Origin: Candidatus Woesearchaeota archaeon
GTDB lineage: Archaea; Nanobdellota; Nanobdellia; Pacearchaeales; GW2011-AR1
DNA: 64,000 bases
Reading direction: 5' to 3'
Assembly (NCBI GenBank): GCA_964592915.1
Contig: CAZQGH010000002.1
Location: 6,435 to 70,434, forward strand
Shown: positions 39,899-49,358 of the stretch, one piece after another
Numbering within the stretch: position 1 is the stretch's first letter
How the letters are laid out: each line of letters starts with the position of its first letter
Position numbers and translations under genes: made by a program
The notes under the pieces: generated by a model
Databases searched by the model: none
Seen by the model: only the letters and a program-made list of their open reading frames with translations
Told to the model about the DNA's origin: nothing

Positions 39899-40762
39899 AT
39901 GATAGCTACTTTAGGACCAAACGGAACATTTTCAGAATTGGCATGTAAAAATTACACAGATGAAGAAATTTTATTTTGCAAAAACATAAAAGAGGTTTTT
40001 GATGCTGTTGAATTTAACAAAGCCAGAATAGGAATGGTTCCAGTAGAAAATATGCTGGATGGTTCTGTTGGGGAAACTTTGGATTTGTTGCATAGAGGTA
40101 ATGTTTATGTTATTGATGAAGTTCTTGTTGAGATACACATGTATTTAGCAGGGAAAAATAGTTTAAATGACATAGAAGTTGTAATGTCTAAAGATAAAGC
40201 ATTAGGGCAGTGTTTAGATTTTATTAGAAAGCATAATTTTGAAATAAAAGAAACCTTATCTACTGCTGAAGCAATGAAAATTGTTTCAGAATCGGAAAAA
40301 AAATATGGCGCTATAGGAACAAAATTAGCTGCTGGGCAGTATGGTTTGAAAATTTTAGCAGAAAATATTGAAGACTTCAGAAACAATGTTTCTGACAGTG
40401 CTCAGAAATCTTCCGATTTCCGACATAATAAAAACAATATTACAAGATTTTTTGTTATTAGTAAAAAAAAGAAAGAAAAGAACATAAGAAAAAATCCAGA
40501 TAAAAAATACAAAACAAGCATAGCAATTAAACCAAATGAGGACAGACCAGGTTTACTACATGACTTATTGCAGGCATTTGCAAAAAGAAATATTAATTTG
40601 ACTAAAATTGAATCTCGTCCTACTAAGATAAACTTAGGAGAATATATATTTTATATTGATTTTGAAGGACATGAGAAAGACGAAGATGTTAAAAAGGCAT
40701 TTGAAGAATTAAGAAAATTGGATGATTTGAAAATATTTGGAAGTTATGAAAAGAAATTTTAA
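39899..40762 (+). CDS. pheA: prephenate dehydratase with C-terminal ACT domain; carries an in-frame 39-nt repeat insertion
   Basis: PDT domain (IATLGPNGTFSE...NITRF) plus ACT. 13 extra residues VSDSAQKSSDFRH are encoded by the hairpin repeat at 40387-40425. Confidence 0.75.
   Translation: MIATLGPNGTFSELACKNYTDEEILFCKNIKEVFDAVEFNKARIGMVPVENMLDGSVGETLDLLHRGNVYVIDEVLVEIHMYLAGKNSLNDIEVVMSKDKALGQCLDFIRKHNFEIKETLSTAEAMKIVSESEKKYGAIGTKLAAGQYGLKILAENIEDFRNNVSDSAQKSSDFRHNKNNITRFFVISKKKKEKNIRKNPDKKYKTSIAIKPNEDRPGLLHDLLQAFAKRNINLTKIESRPTKINLGEYIFYIDFEGHEKDEDVKKAFEELRKLDDLKIFGSYEKKF
40387..40425 (+). repeat. hairpin-forming miniature repeat, copy 2 (in-frame inside pheA)
   Basis: GTTTCTGACAGTGCTCAGAAATC-ttcc-GATTTCCGACAT. 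39 nt, exactly 13 codons, flanked by AACAAT..AACAAT. Confidence 0.6.
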
Positions 40763-41137
40763 AATGGGAGCAAATATACAAAAAGAGTTGGAAGAGGAAG
40801 ATGATAAAAAATTGAATAATTTTCATAAGGAATTTTCTAATTTTCCAAAAAAACAAGATATTAATCAGATAGAAAATAAAAAATTAAAAAAAGAATTTGC
40901 AAAATTTATTTTACAGCTAATTAAAGAAACATATAAGGATATTAAACCAATAAGTAATACTTGTGAGAATATTTGAGGGTTTGTTCAGTATGATTTTGAT
41001 GATGAGATAGATGAAGTTATTAGCATAGCTTACAATCAGGAAGTTCCAGTTGATAGTGAAGAAAAAACACTTGAAGAATGGGGCAAAATGAAAAAATTAT
41101 TAGAAAAATATATTAAATCTCTAATATTGTTATAGAT

Positions 41138-41545
41138 ATGAAAATAAAAATAATAACTAAATATGGAGAAGTCAATGCTGAGTTGAATGGTACTGAGACA
41201 GCTAAAGAGATTTATGATAATTTGCCTATAGAAGGAGAAGCAAATGTATGGGGAGAAGAAATATATTTTAAAATTCCTGTTTCCAGAGAAACTGAAGAGC
41301 CAAAAAAAAGAACGATGGAAATTGGAGATTTAGCTTATTGGAGTGAAGGGAAAGCATTTTGCATATTTTTTGGCAAAACTCCTGCATCTATTGATGAAAA
41401 TCCAAGAGCAATTTCTGATGTAACTTTTTTAGGGAGAGCAAAAAATATAGAAATGTTTAAAAAAGTTAAAGACAATGAAAAAATAACTCTTGATAAAGCT
41501 GAGGAAAATATGGATAATAAAGAGGAGGATAATGAAGATGAGTGA
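41138..41545 (+). CDS. cyclophilin-like fold protein (DUF3830/TM1367-like), putative
   Basis: Pattern NLPIEGEANVWGEEIYF...GDLAYWSEGKAFCIFFGKTP. Confidence 0.4.
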   Translation: MKIKIITKYGEVNAELNGTETAKEIYDNLPIEGEANVWGEEIYFKIPVSRETEEPKKRTMEIGDLAYWSEGKAFCIFFGKTPASIDENPRAISDVTFLGRAKNIEMFKKVKDNEKITLDKAEENMDNKEEDNEDE

Positions 41546-41888
41546 GGAAAATAATGAAGGAATTGTCAAATTTTCAGAATGGATGAAACTAGATTTAAGA
41601 GCTGGCAAAATATTAAAAGTAGAAGATATAGAAGGAGCTGATAAGCTGTATAAACTTGAGGTAGATACTGGAGATAAAAAAAGAGTTTTAGTAGCAGGCT
41701 TGAAACCTTATTATGAAAAAGAGGAATTGATAAATAAAAGATGTGTTGTTTTTTGCAATTTAGAGCCAAAAAAAATGAAAGGGATTAAAAGCGAGGGAAT
41801 GATATTAGCAGCTGTAAATGAAGGTGAATCTAAAGTTAATTTGCTGCAGCCAGATAAAGAAATTGAATCAGGTTCAAAAATCAGGTAA
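41532..41888 (+). CDS. stand-alone tRNA-binding domain protein (Trbp111/CsaA/EMAP-like)
   Basis: LDLRAGKILKVEDIEGADKLYKLEVDTGD...EGMILAA. The track ORF starts at 41490 and overlaps upstream; an internal Met is likelier. Confidence 0.6.
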   Translation: MKMSEENNEGIVKFSEWMKLDLRAGKILKVEDIEGADKLYKLEVDTGDKKRVLVAGLKPYYEKEELINKRCVVFCNLEPKKMKGIKSEGMILAAVNEGESKVNLLQPDKEIESGSKIR

Positions 41889-42019
41889 TTAGACATATAA
41901 TTCTAAGGATAAGCATATTTTTAAAATCAAATAGAAAAAGAATTCCTGGAAAGATTAGTTCAATGAGATATATTGAAAAGATTGCAGAATTAGCTTTATT
42001 AGAAGAAATAATTGTATAA

Positions 42020-42778
42020 TCATAATCCAACTTTTCTTAAAACTTTTTCAAACAAAGAATCTTCTTTAATTGGTCTTCCCAATATTTTTCTTGCAACTTT
42101 GTCATAGGCTTTAGCTGCTTTGGATTTAGGATGAGTATGATAAATGGCATCTTTTCTTGCTAAAGATTCCTGCATTTTCTTTTCTTCGGGAACAATTCCT
42201 AAAACAGGAATTTCTAACATCTCCCTAATGCTTGTTAAAGACATTTCAGTTGGCTTTCCTTTATATCTTGTTATTATTACCCCCCGAACAGTTTTGCCTT
42301 TTTCATCAGCAACTTTTATTGTTTTTAATGCATCAGTAACTGAAGGTATTTCTGGGTGGGTGACAATAATCAATTCTTCTCCGGCTTCAATTACTTTTAA
42401 TGATTCTTCGCCTAATCCTGCAGGGGAATCCAGGATGATAATATCTGAATAATTTTTTAAATTATTAGTTATTTCTGAAAACTTATCTAATTTTAATTTT
42501 TTTAATTCTTTAATTGATAAATCTGAGGGAATAATTTTAGTTCCAGAATCATGCTCATAAATAGCTTCATGTATCTCAGCTTCATCCCTTAAAACATGAT
42601 TTAATGTTATTGGAGCAATTGGTGCTCCCAGATATAATCCAACATTAGGAGTGGTAAGATTTGCATCTACTACAACAACATTTTCCCCCATTGAATTGAA
42701 AGCTGCACCTAAATTAATTGCAGTGGTGGTTTTACCAACACCTCCTTTTCCTGAAGTCACAACATAAATTTTAGCCAT
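42020..42778 (-). CDS. minD: MinD/ParA-family ATPase
   Basis: Deviant Walker A VTSGKGGVGKTT. Confidence 0.75.
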   Translation of the reverse strand: MAKIYVVTSGKGGVGKTTTAINLGAAFNSMGENVVVVDANLTTPNVGLYLGAPIAPITLNHVLRDEAEIHEAIYEHDSGTKIIPSDLSIKELKKLKLDKFSEITNNLKNYSDIIILDSPAGLGEESLKVIEAGEELIIVTHPEIPSVTDALKTIKVADEKGKTVRGVIITRYKGKPTEMSLTSIREMLEIPVLGIVPEEKKMQESLARKDAIYHTHPKSKAAKAYDKVARKILGRPIKEDSLFEKVLRKVGL

Positions 42779-42829
42779 TTTAAAAATTTATTTTTTAGAT
42801 ATTAAAAATCTTTTGATTTTTGGTACTTA

Positions 42830-43267
42830 TTAAGAAACAAATTGTTTTATAAAGCTTATGTATTTGTCAATTATTATACTGTACTCTTTTAATTTGTCCA
42901 AATCAATATTTACATAATCTCCTTTATCCATAACTTTTAAAGTTAGGTTTTTTCTAAATTCGCTTTCTCTTTGTTTTTGGGCATTTTCGATTCTTTTAAA
43001 AAATTCATATAACTCCAAAGTTTCCATAATTTCCGGAGTTTTTTTAAACACTTCTTTTAATTTTTCGAGTTTCATTCGAGGAGCAGTCGGAATAGAAGAA
43101 ATTTTTTTCTTTTTCTTTACTTGTTCAAGCAACATATCCATACCTACCTCTATTAAACTTCGCCATCTTGCTATCAAGTTTAGCATAACATCAACTGTTT
43201 TAGTGTATTTTAAACTTACATATAGAAGATGGTCTGCACTAATTTTTTCCTGTATTATTCTCTCCAT
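42830..43267 (-). CDS. hypothetical helical protein (paralog of next gene)
   Basis: SADHLLYVSLKYTK... aligns with TADHMTYMTYPLIK... in 43338..43808. Confidence 0.35.
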   Translation of the reverse strand: MERIIQEKISADHLLYVSLKYTKTVDVMLNLIARWRSLIEVGMDMLLEQVKKKKKISSIPTAPRMKLEKLKEVFKKTPEIMETLELYEFFKRIENAQKQRESEFRKNLTLKVMDKGDYVNIDLDKLKEYSIIIDKYISFIKQFVS

Positions 43268-43337
43268 TTTTTTTGAAAAATGCTGAAAGGGCTAAAAATT
43301 ACTATGTTATGGTAATATAAATACCTTTCTATTCTTC

Positions 43338-43808
43338 TCATATTTTCCTTCTTATTTTATTTTCTGCTTTTTTAAGAATTTGTTTGGTTTTAATTAGAAA
43401 CTCCTTGATATCTGGCAAATCTATAGTTTCTGTATGTAAATTGTCAGTCATTATTACAATTTTATCCTTTTTTACAAATTCTAAAGGGGAATTTTTGTGT
43501 TTTTGAGTTAAAGTGAATACTTTTGAAATTACATTCATTTCTTCTTCAGTTATATTATAACGGGAAGCACATTTCTCTTTAAATGTTCTAAAGTTCTCTT
43601 TTGGGTCTTTATACAGCTGAATTCTCTTATATAGATACTCATATTGTAAAATTGAATTTAAAATATTCATTAAAGCTGTATTAAGCTGATTTAAGATTTT
43701 CAATAGCAATCGTTTTTCTTTTATTAATGGGTAAGTCATATAAGTCATATGGTCAGCTGTTTTTAAAATAGATATAGAATTCTCTAAGTATTCAATATAT
43801 TTTTCCAT
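43338..43808 (-). CDS. hypothetical helical protein (tandem paralog)
   Basis: Shares the N-terminal motif with 42830..43267. Confidence 0.35.
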   Translation of the reverse strand: MEKYIEYLENSISILKTADHMTYMTYPLIKEKRLLLKILNQLNTALMNILNSILQYEYLYKRIQLYKDPKENFRTFKEKCASRYNITEEEMNVISKVFTLTQKHKNSPLEFVKKDKIVIMTDNLHTETIDLPDIKEFLIKTKQILKKAENKIRRKI

Positions 43809-43866
43809 TTTCCCTTAGTTAGTAAAATCAAAGAAACAGGGGTTAATATATTTTATGTTTAACTTA

Positions 43867-43902
43867 ATGTCAGAAATCAAAGATTTCTGAGCACTGTCAA
43901 AA
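43867..43902 (-). repeat. hairpin-forming miniature repeat, copy 3 (intergenic, opposite orientation)
   Basis: Reverse complement reads TTTTGACAGTGCTCAGAAATC-tttg-ATTTCTGACAT. Confidence 0.6.
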
Positions 43903-43905
43903 GTC

Positions 43906-44226
43906 TTAAGAATTTTGAAGACTTAAAATTGCTTCAGCTAAATCTCCATTTGCATCTTCTAAAGCTTTTTTTGCTTTTTCTTTACTACAACTAGTTTTTT
44001 TCATAACCTGTTTTATGTCTTCTTCTGTTATTCCTTGCTCTTCATTTATTTCTCCAGTAATCTGAAATGATTCCTGTCCCTGCATGTTCACTTTCACAAC
44101 TGACGGATTATCTATGATTATATTAGAACCTTCTTTTTCAATAATAACTCTTTTTGCAGGAATTTCTTCCTGAGAAATTCCCATTTTTTTCATCATTCCC
44201 TGTATTTTCTTTGGATTAATATTCAT
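43906..44226 (-). CDS. nac: nascent polypeptide-associated complex protein (NAC alpha) with UBA-like C-terminus
   Basis: MKKMGI...VIIEKEG...FQITGE NAC domain, and C-terminal EKAKKALEDANGDLAEAI. Confidence 0.7.
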   Translation of the reverse strand: MNINPKKIQGMMKKMGISQEEIPAKRVIIEKEGSNIIIDNPSVVKVNMQGQESFQITGEINEEQGITEEDIKQVMKKTSCSKEKAKKALEDANGDLAEAILSLQNS

Positions 44227-44227
44227 C

Positions 44228-44392
44228 TTAACCAGCTATAGGCCATAAAATTTTTAGTGCTGTAACAAATATGATAGCCAGAATAATTAAAACAATTACA
44301 TGTTTTGGATCTAACATTATCTTACTTTTATATTCTTCATTATATCTCATTAACCCGCCAAACCCAGCAGGCATGTTTATGTTTTGTGCCAT
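44228..44392 (-). CDS. preprotein translocase subunit Sec61-beta (SecG), 54 aa
   Basis: Not in the supplied ORF track (under 60 aa). Reverse translation MAQNINMPAGFGGLMRYNEEYKSKIMLDPKHVIVLIILAIIFVTALKILWPIAG matches the archaeal Sec61-beta GLxRY...TM pattern. Confidence 0.55.
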   Translation of the reverse strand: MAQNINMPAGFGGLMRYNEEYKSKIMLDPKHVIVLIILAIIFVTALKILWPIAG

Positions 44393-44422
44393 GATTATTT
44401 GTATTATTTTTTGTTTTTAAAT

Positions 44423-44659
44423 TTAACTACTAATCTTAATTCCTTGTCTTTGTAGCCATGTTTCAACAGGAATCCTCGATTTTACTTGGTCATCTTCAAG
44501 AATCTCAATTTCTAAGTCTCCTTTTACTCTAATTTCGCGTGTTCCAGTGAAAGGATTTGTTACTGCAAATAAATATCTTGATATTTCTTCATCTAAAGTA
44601 GCAGGAATATATTTTCCTAAAAGTTCTCCATTTTTATATAATCTATATTCAGCTCCCAT
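44423..44659 (-). CDS. hypothetical small protein
   Basis: 78 aa. No domain. Confidence 0.3.
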   Translation of the reverse strand: MGAEYRLYKNGELLGKYIPATLDEEISRYLFAVTNPFTGTREIRVKGDLEIEILEDDQVKSRIPVETWLQRQGIKISS

Positions 44660-44692
44660 ATTTTGAAAAACGAAAGAAATTTATAATTGTTT

Positions 44693-45289
44693 CTATTTCA
44701 TTTTTTCAATAACTTCATCTTCCTTTTTTTTAGTATGGGTTTTTCCAAATCTGACTAATACCGGATTTATCTTCTTCCAGTATTTTTTTGGAAATAATTC
44801 TTCCAAATCAGATTCAATTTTGTCCGGTTTTTTATGTGTTGTCCAGTTTAATTTTTGCGAAATTCTTTTAACATGTGTGTCAACAGCTATTGCATTTTTA
44901 TTTTCTTTTTCAGTTAAATAAACATTGGCTGTTTTTCTTCCCACTCCTGGCAGTTCAGTTAATTTTTCTCTTGTGCTGGGAATTCCTTTTTTGTTAATTA
45001 TTTTTGCAGTTTCTTTTATGTGCTTGGCTTTTGTTTTATAATAATTAATTGGTTTGATTATTTTTTTAATTTCATTTAAATCTGCACTTGCCAGTTTTTT
45101 CAGTGAAGGAAATTTATTAAATAGCTTTTTTGAAATCGGAATTGTTTTTTCATCCCTGTTTTGAGCTGATAAAATCGTAACAATAAGAGTTTTCCATTTT
45201 GTATTCCATGATTCAGATGCTAATCTCATTTTTTCGGAATTTTTCTTAAGAAAGTTTAATTGTTTAATAGCTTTTTTAGTTTTAACCAT
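44693..45289 (-). CDS. HhH-GPD DNA glycosylase (EndoIII-like, without Fe-S cluster cysteines)
   Basis: LTELPGVGRKTANVYL and VDTHVKRISQKL. No C-terminal Cys cluster. Confidence 0.6.
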   Translation of the reverse strand: MVKTKKAIKQLNFLKKNSEKMRLASESWNTKWKTLIVTILSAQNRDEKTIPISKKLFNKFPSLKKLASADLNEIKKIIKPINYYKTKAKHIKETAKIINKKGIPSTREKLTELPGVGRKTANVYLTEKENKNAIAVDTHVKRISQKLNWTTHKKPDKIESDLEELFPKKYWKKINPVLVRFGKTHTKKKEDEVIEKMK

Positions 45290-45339
45290 TATAAGAAAAT
45301 AAAGAATACTTTTTTAAATACTTATCTTTTATTTTTCTT

Positions 45340-47712
45340 ATGAGCAAGAAGAATGCATATAATGCTGAAGAAGTAGAGGAAAAATGGAGAAATTTCTGGG
45401 ATAGAGAGAAGATTTACAAGTTTGACAAGAAAAGCAAGAAACCTATATATTCAATAGATACTCCTCCTCCCACAGTTTCTGGTAAGATGCATATAGGGCA
45501 TGCTTTTAGTTATGCTCAGCAGGATTTTGTTATAAGATTTAGGAGAATGTTTGGTTATAATGTTTTTTACCCTTTTGGAACTGATGATAATGGTTTAGCT
45601 ACAATAAGACTTATTGAAAAAGAGAAAAAAGTAAAATCATTTGATTTAGGTAGAGAAAATTTCATCAAATTAGTTTTGGAAACTTTAGAAAATGAGCTAA
45701 GACCTCAATATATTAAAGACTGGAAAAGATTAGGAATAAGCTGTGACTGGGATATTTTTTATACTACTATTGATGAGCATTCAAGAAGAATTTCTCAGCT
45801 TTCTTTTTTGGATTTGTATGAAAAAGGAAGAGAGTACAGGAAAAGAACACCTTTTTTCTGGTGTCCCGAATGTCAGACTTCTATTGCGCAAGTTGAAATG
45901 AAAGATAAAACAAAGAAAAGCAAATTTGTTTACATCAAATTTGATACTTCTTTAGGTAAACAGATAACAATTGCAACTACTCGTCCCGAATTAATGGCTG
46001 CGTGCGTTGCTGTTCATGTTCATCCTGATGATAAGAGATATAAGGAATTTATTGGAGAGAAAGCTATATTACCAATATATAATAGAGAAGTTCAAATTTA
46101 TGCAAATAAAGATGTTGACATGGATTTTGGAACAGGAGCAGTATACCATTGCACTTTTGGAGATATGGATGATGTTGAGTGGATTGAAAAATTTGATATT
46201 CAACCTATAGAAATTATGGATAAAGATGGAAAATTAAATGAAAAAGCTGGAAAATACAAAGGATTAAAATCTGAGCAAGCAAGAAAAGCAATTATAGATG
46301 ATTTGAAGAAATTGGAAAGAATAGAAAAAGTTGAACCAATAGAGCATGTTGTTAATGTTCATGAAAGGTGCGATACTGACATTGAAATTTTAATGACTGA
46401 ACAATGGTTTATCAAATATTTAGATTTAAAAAAAGAGATGTTAAAATGGGGCAAAAAACTTAATTGGTTTCCAAAATATATGAAAGTAAGGTATGATAAC
46501 TGGGTCAAGGGTTTGAAATATGATTGGAGTATTTCAAGACAAAGATTTTTCGGTGTTCCGATTCCTGTTTGGTATTGTAAAAAATGTAATGAGATTATTT
46601 TACCTGAAGAATCTCAGCTTCCAATAGACCCGTTAAAAGATAAGCCAAAGAAGAAATGTAAATGCGGTTCAGATGAATTTGAAGGAGAAAAAGATGTTTT
46701 AGATACATGGGCAACTTCTTCTTTAACTCCCAGGTTAGCTATTGAGTTAATGCCGGAAGCAATACAAAAAAAATTATATCCTATGGATTTAAGACCTCAG
46801 GCTCATGACATTATAACTTTCTGGTTGTTTAACACTGTGGTAAAAAGTAATTTGCATTATAATAAAAATCCGTTTAAAGATGTTGTAATCTCAGGATTTA
46901 TTTTAGATCCTGAAGGTAAAAAAATGTCTAAATCAAAAGGAAATGCAATTGCTCCCCAGGATGTTTTTAAGTTATATGGTGCAGATGCTTTCAGATATTT
47001 GGCAGCTTCTTCAAAATTGGGAGAAGATTTATCATATCAGGAAAAAGATTTGATAACTGGAAAAAAATTCATAACAAAAATAATTAATGCATCTAAATTT
47101 GTGTTTATGCATATAAAAAATAAACCCAAAAAAAATAAATTAAATGAAACAGATAGATTATTTTTATCAAGATTAAATAATCTAATTAAACAAGCTACAG
47201 AAAATTTCGAAAATTATGAATATTCAAAAGTAAAACAGGATGTTGACAACTTTTTTTGGAAGGATTTCGCAGACAATTACTTAGAGATTATTAAAGACAG
47301 AGTATACAATGATAGAAAAGGAAAAGAATCAGCATTATTTACATTATATAATTCTTTATTAGCAATTTTGAAAATGTTTTCTCCCATAACTCCTTTTGTC
47401 ACTGAGGAACTTTATCAAACCTATTATAAAAAATTCGAGAAAGATAAATCAATACACATTTCTAAATGGCCAGAAATTGTAAAGATTACAAACAAGAAAG
47501 AGGATGAAGCAATCTATGACTTATTATTAGACGTTATTTCAGATGTAAGAAAAGAGAAATCAGATAATCAAAAATCTGTAAAAGCTGAGATTATTTTAAC
47601 TTTAGAAAAAGAAAAGCAGGAAAAGTTAAAAGATATGTTGGATGATTTAAAATCAGTTTTAAATGTTAAAGAGTTGAAACAGGGAAAATTTAAAGTTGAA
47701 TTTGCGGATTAG
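45340..47712 (+). CDS. valS: class I aminoacyl-tRNA synthetase, most likely valyl-tRNA synthetase
   Basis: PPPTVSGKMHIGHAF (HIGH), KMSKSKGN, and a CP1 editing domain insertion. The PPPTVSG motif is ValRS-like rather than IleRS or LeuRS. Confidence 0.55.
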   Translation: MSKKNAYNAEEVEEKWRNFWDREKIYKFDKKSKKPIYSIDTPPPTVSGKMHIGHAFSYAQQDFVIRFRRMFGYNVFYPFGTDDNGLATIRLIEKEKKVKSFDLGRENFIKLVLETLENELRPQYIKDWKRLGISCDWDIFYTTIDEHSRRISQLSFLDLYEKGREYRKRTPFFWCPECQTSIAQVEMKDKTKKSKFVYIKFDTSLGKQITIATTRPELMAACVAVHVHPDDKRYKEFIGEKAILPIYNREVQIYANKDVDMDFGTGAVYHCTFGDMDDVEWIEKFDIQPIEIMDKDGKLNEKAGKYKGLKSEQARKAIIDDLKKLERIEKVEPIEHVVNVHERCDTDIEILMTEQWFIKYLDLKKEMLKWGKKLNWFPKYMKVRYDNWVKGLKYDWSISRQRFFGVPIPVWYCKKCNEIILPEESQLPIDPLKDKPKKKCKCGSDEFEGEKDVLDTWATSSLTPRLAIELMPEAIQKKLYPMDLRPQAHDIITFWLFNTVVKSNLHYNKNPFKDVVISGFILDPEGKKMSKSKGNAIAPQDVFKLYGADAFRYLAASSKLGEDLSYQEKDLITGKKFITKIINASKFVFMHIKNKPKKNKLNETDRLFLSRLNNLIKQATENFENYEYSKVKQDVDNFFWKDFADNYLEIIKDRVYNDRKGKESALFTLYNSLLAILKMFSPITPFVTEELYQTYYKKFEKDKSIHISKWPEIVKITNKKEDEAIYDLLLDVISDVRKEKSDNQKSVKAEIILTLEKEKQEKLKDMLDDLKSVLNVKELKQGKFKVEFAD

Positions 47713-47730
47713 CTGTTACATTAGGTTCAA

Positions 47731-47943
47731 TTAAAATGTTTCTAAAACCTGGTTTTTATTTTTTCCAAATCTCTTTTTTGTTTTTATAACTAAATTTTTA
47801 AAATAATCTGGGTTAATTAAGTATAGTCCTGAAGCTATCAATAAAAATCCCTGTAATATTGGCACAATTAGTCCAATTATTCCTATAATAACAAGGAGCA
47901 TCCCAGTGGAAATTCTTATCATTTTTTTTGTTTTTTTATTCAT
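47731..47943 (-). CDS. small membrane protein
   Basis: 70 aa, two hydrophobic helices. Confidence 0.3.
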   Translation of the reverse strand: MNKKTKKMIRISTGMLLVIIGIIGLIVPILQGFLLIASGLYLINPDYFKNLVIKTKKRFGKNKNQVLETF

Positions 47944-48263
47944 GAATGTATAAATAAAGCATTATTTATGAACCTACGCAATTATTCATAATCGATTTTT
48001 AAATAATCTGGACTAAACAAATTGCGGAAAAACCCTATGCCGAATTCAAAACATTCTAAATGTTATAGAAATACCATTATAGAATTTTATGAATATCATA
48101 TTGCTTTCAATCTTGATATAACGGGCTAAGTAAAATGATAAGGGATTATCAAGATTTTGGAACAGGATTAGAGGGAATTGTAGATTCTTTAATTAATATT
48201 TTGTTAGGAAACTGAGTTAATTAATAGAAAAGGATTTAAAAACTATTCTCCATAATTAAAAAT

Positions 48264-49349
48264 ATGCCAGCACTAACCAAAGATGAATTAGAAGAAGTAT
48301 TGAAAGAATTAAAAAATGTTAGGGGAAGACATACTGAATTAGTGACAGTATATATTCCTGCAGATTATAACATTAACACTGTAGCAAGGCAAATAGATGA
48401 TGAAAAAGGAACAGCAACCAATATCAAATCAAAATCAACAAGAAAAAATGTTTTGGATGCATTAGAAACAATTTCAAGAGAATTAAAATTGTATAAACAA
48501 ACACCAAAAAATGGAATGGCTATTTTTTGCGGGAATGTTTCAGAAAAAGAAGGGCAAACGGATATTAAACTATGGGTTTTAGAGCCTCCCAAATCTCTGA
48601 ATACAAGATTATACAGATGCGACCAGGAATTTGTATTAGACCCGTTAGAAGAAATGCTGGAAGTGGATGAAGTTTATGGATTAGTTGTTATGGACAGGAA
48701 AGAAGCTACAATTGGATTATTAGAGGGAAAGCATATTAAATTATTAAGACATTTAACCTCAGGAGTTCCTGGAAAGTATAAAACTGGCGGGCAGAGCTCG
48801 CAGCGTTTTGAAAGATTAAGAGAGGAAGCAGCTAAGGAGTTTTACAGGAGAATATCTGAGAATATGAAAGAGGTGTTTTTTGACAATGATAAACTAAAAG
48901 GAATCATTGTTGGAGGACCGGTTCCAACAAAAGAAGAATTTATGGAGCAGGCACAATTAGTTACTCAGTTAAAAGAAAAAGTAATCGGATTAAAAGATAT
49001 CGGAAACACAGACGAATCTGGATTGGAAGATTTAGTAGAAGCTTCTCAAGAATTATTGCAAGAACAGGAAATAATTCATGAAAAACAGGTTTTAGAGAAT
49101 TTTTTTGAATCATTAGGAAAATCTCAAGATGCAATATATGGTGAAGAAGAAGTTAAAAAAGCTTTAAAATACGGAGCTGTAGGCACATTAATATTAAGTA
49201 AAAGTTTAGACAGGAAAAAAATAACAGAATTAACTAAATTGGCTGAGAACATTTCAGCTGAAGTGGAGATAGTTTCTACAGATACTCCCGAAGGAGAGCA
49301 ATTTAAAAATTTGAAGGGCATTGGAGCATTATTAAGATTTCATGTTTAA
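48264..49349 (+). CDS. prf1: peptide chain release factor aRF1
   Basis: NIKS motif (TATNIKSKSTRKN) and GGQ motif (KTGGQSSQRFERLRE). Confidence 0.75.
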   Translation: MPALTKDELEEVLKELKNVRGRHTELVTVYIPADYNINTVARQIDDEKGTATNIKSKSTRKNVLDALETISRELKLYKQTPKNGMAIFCGNVSEKEGQTDIKLWVLEPPKSLNTRLYRCDQEFVLDPLEEMLEVDEVYGLVVMDRKEATIGLLEGKHIKLLRHLTSGVPGKYKTGGQSSQRFERLREEAAKEFYRRISENMKEVFFDNDKLKGIIVGGPVPTKEEFMEQAQLVTQLKEKVIGLKDIGNTDESGLEDLVEASQELLQEQEIIHEKQVLENFFESLGKSQDAIYGEEEVKKALKYGAVGTLILSKSLDRKKITELTKLAENISAEVEIVSTDTPEGEQFKNLKGIGALLRFHV

Positions 49350-49358
49350 GATTTCACT

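Noticed and set aside
40737-40976. 79-aa ORF overlapping the pheA 3' end
   Set aside because: Kept out of confident features. Highly K/E/N-rich, no motif, overlaps the pheA stop. Could be real but unsupported.
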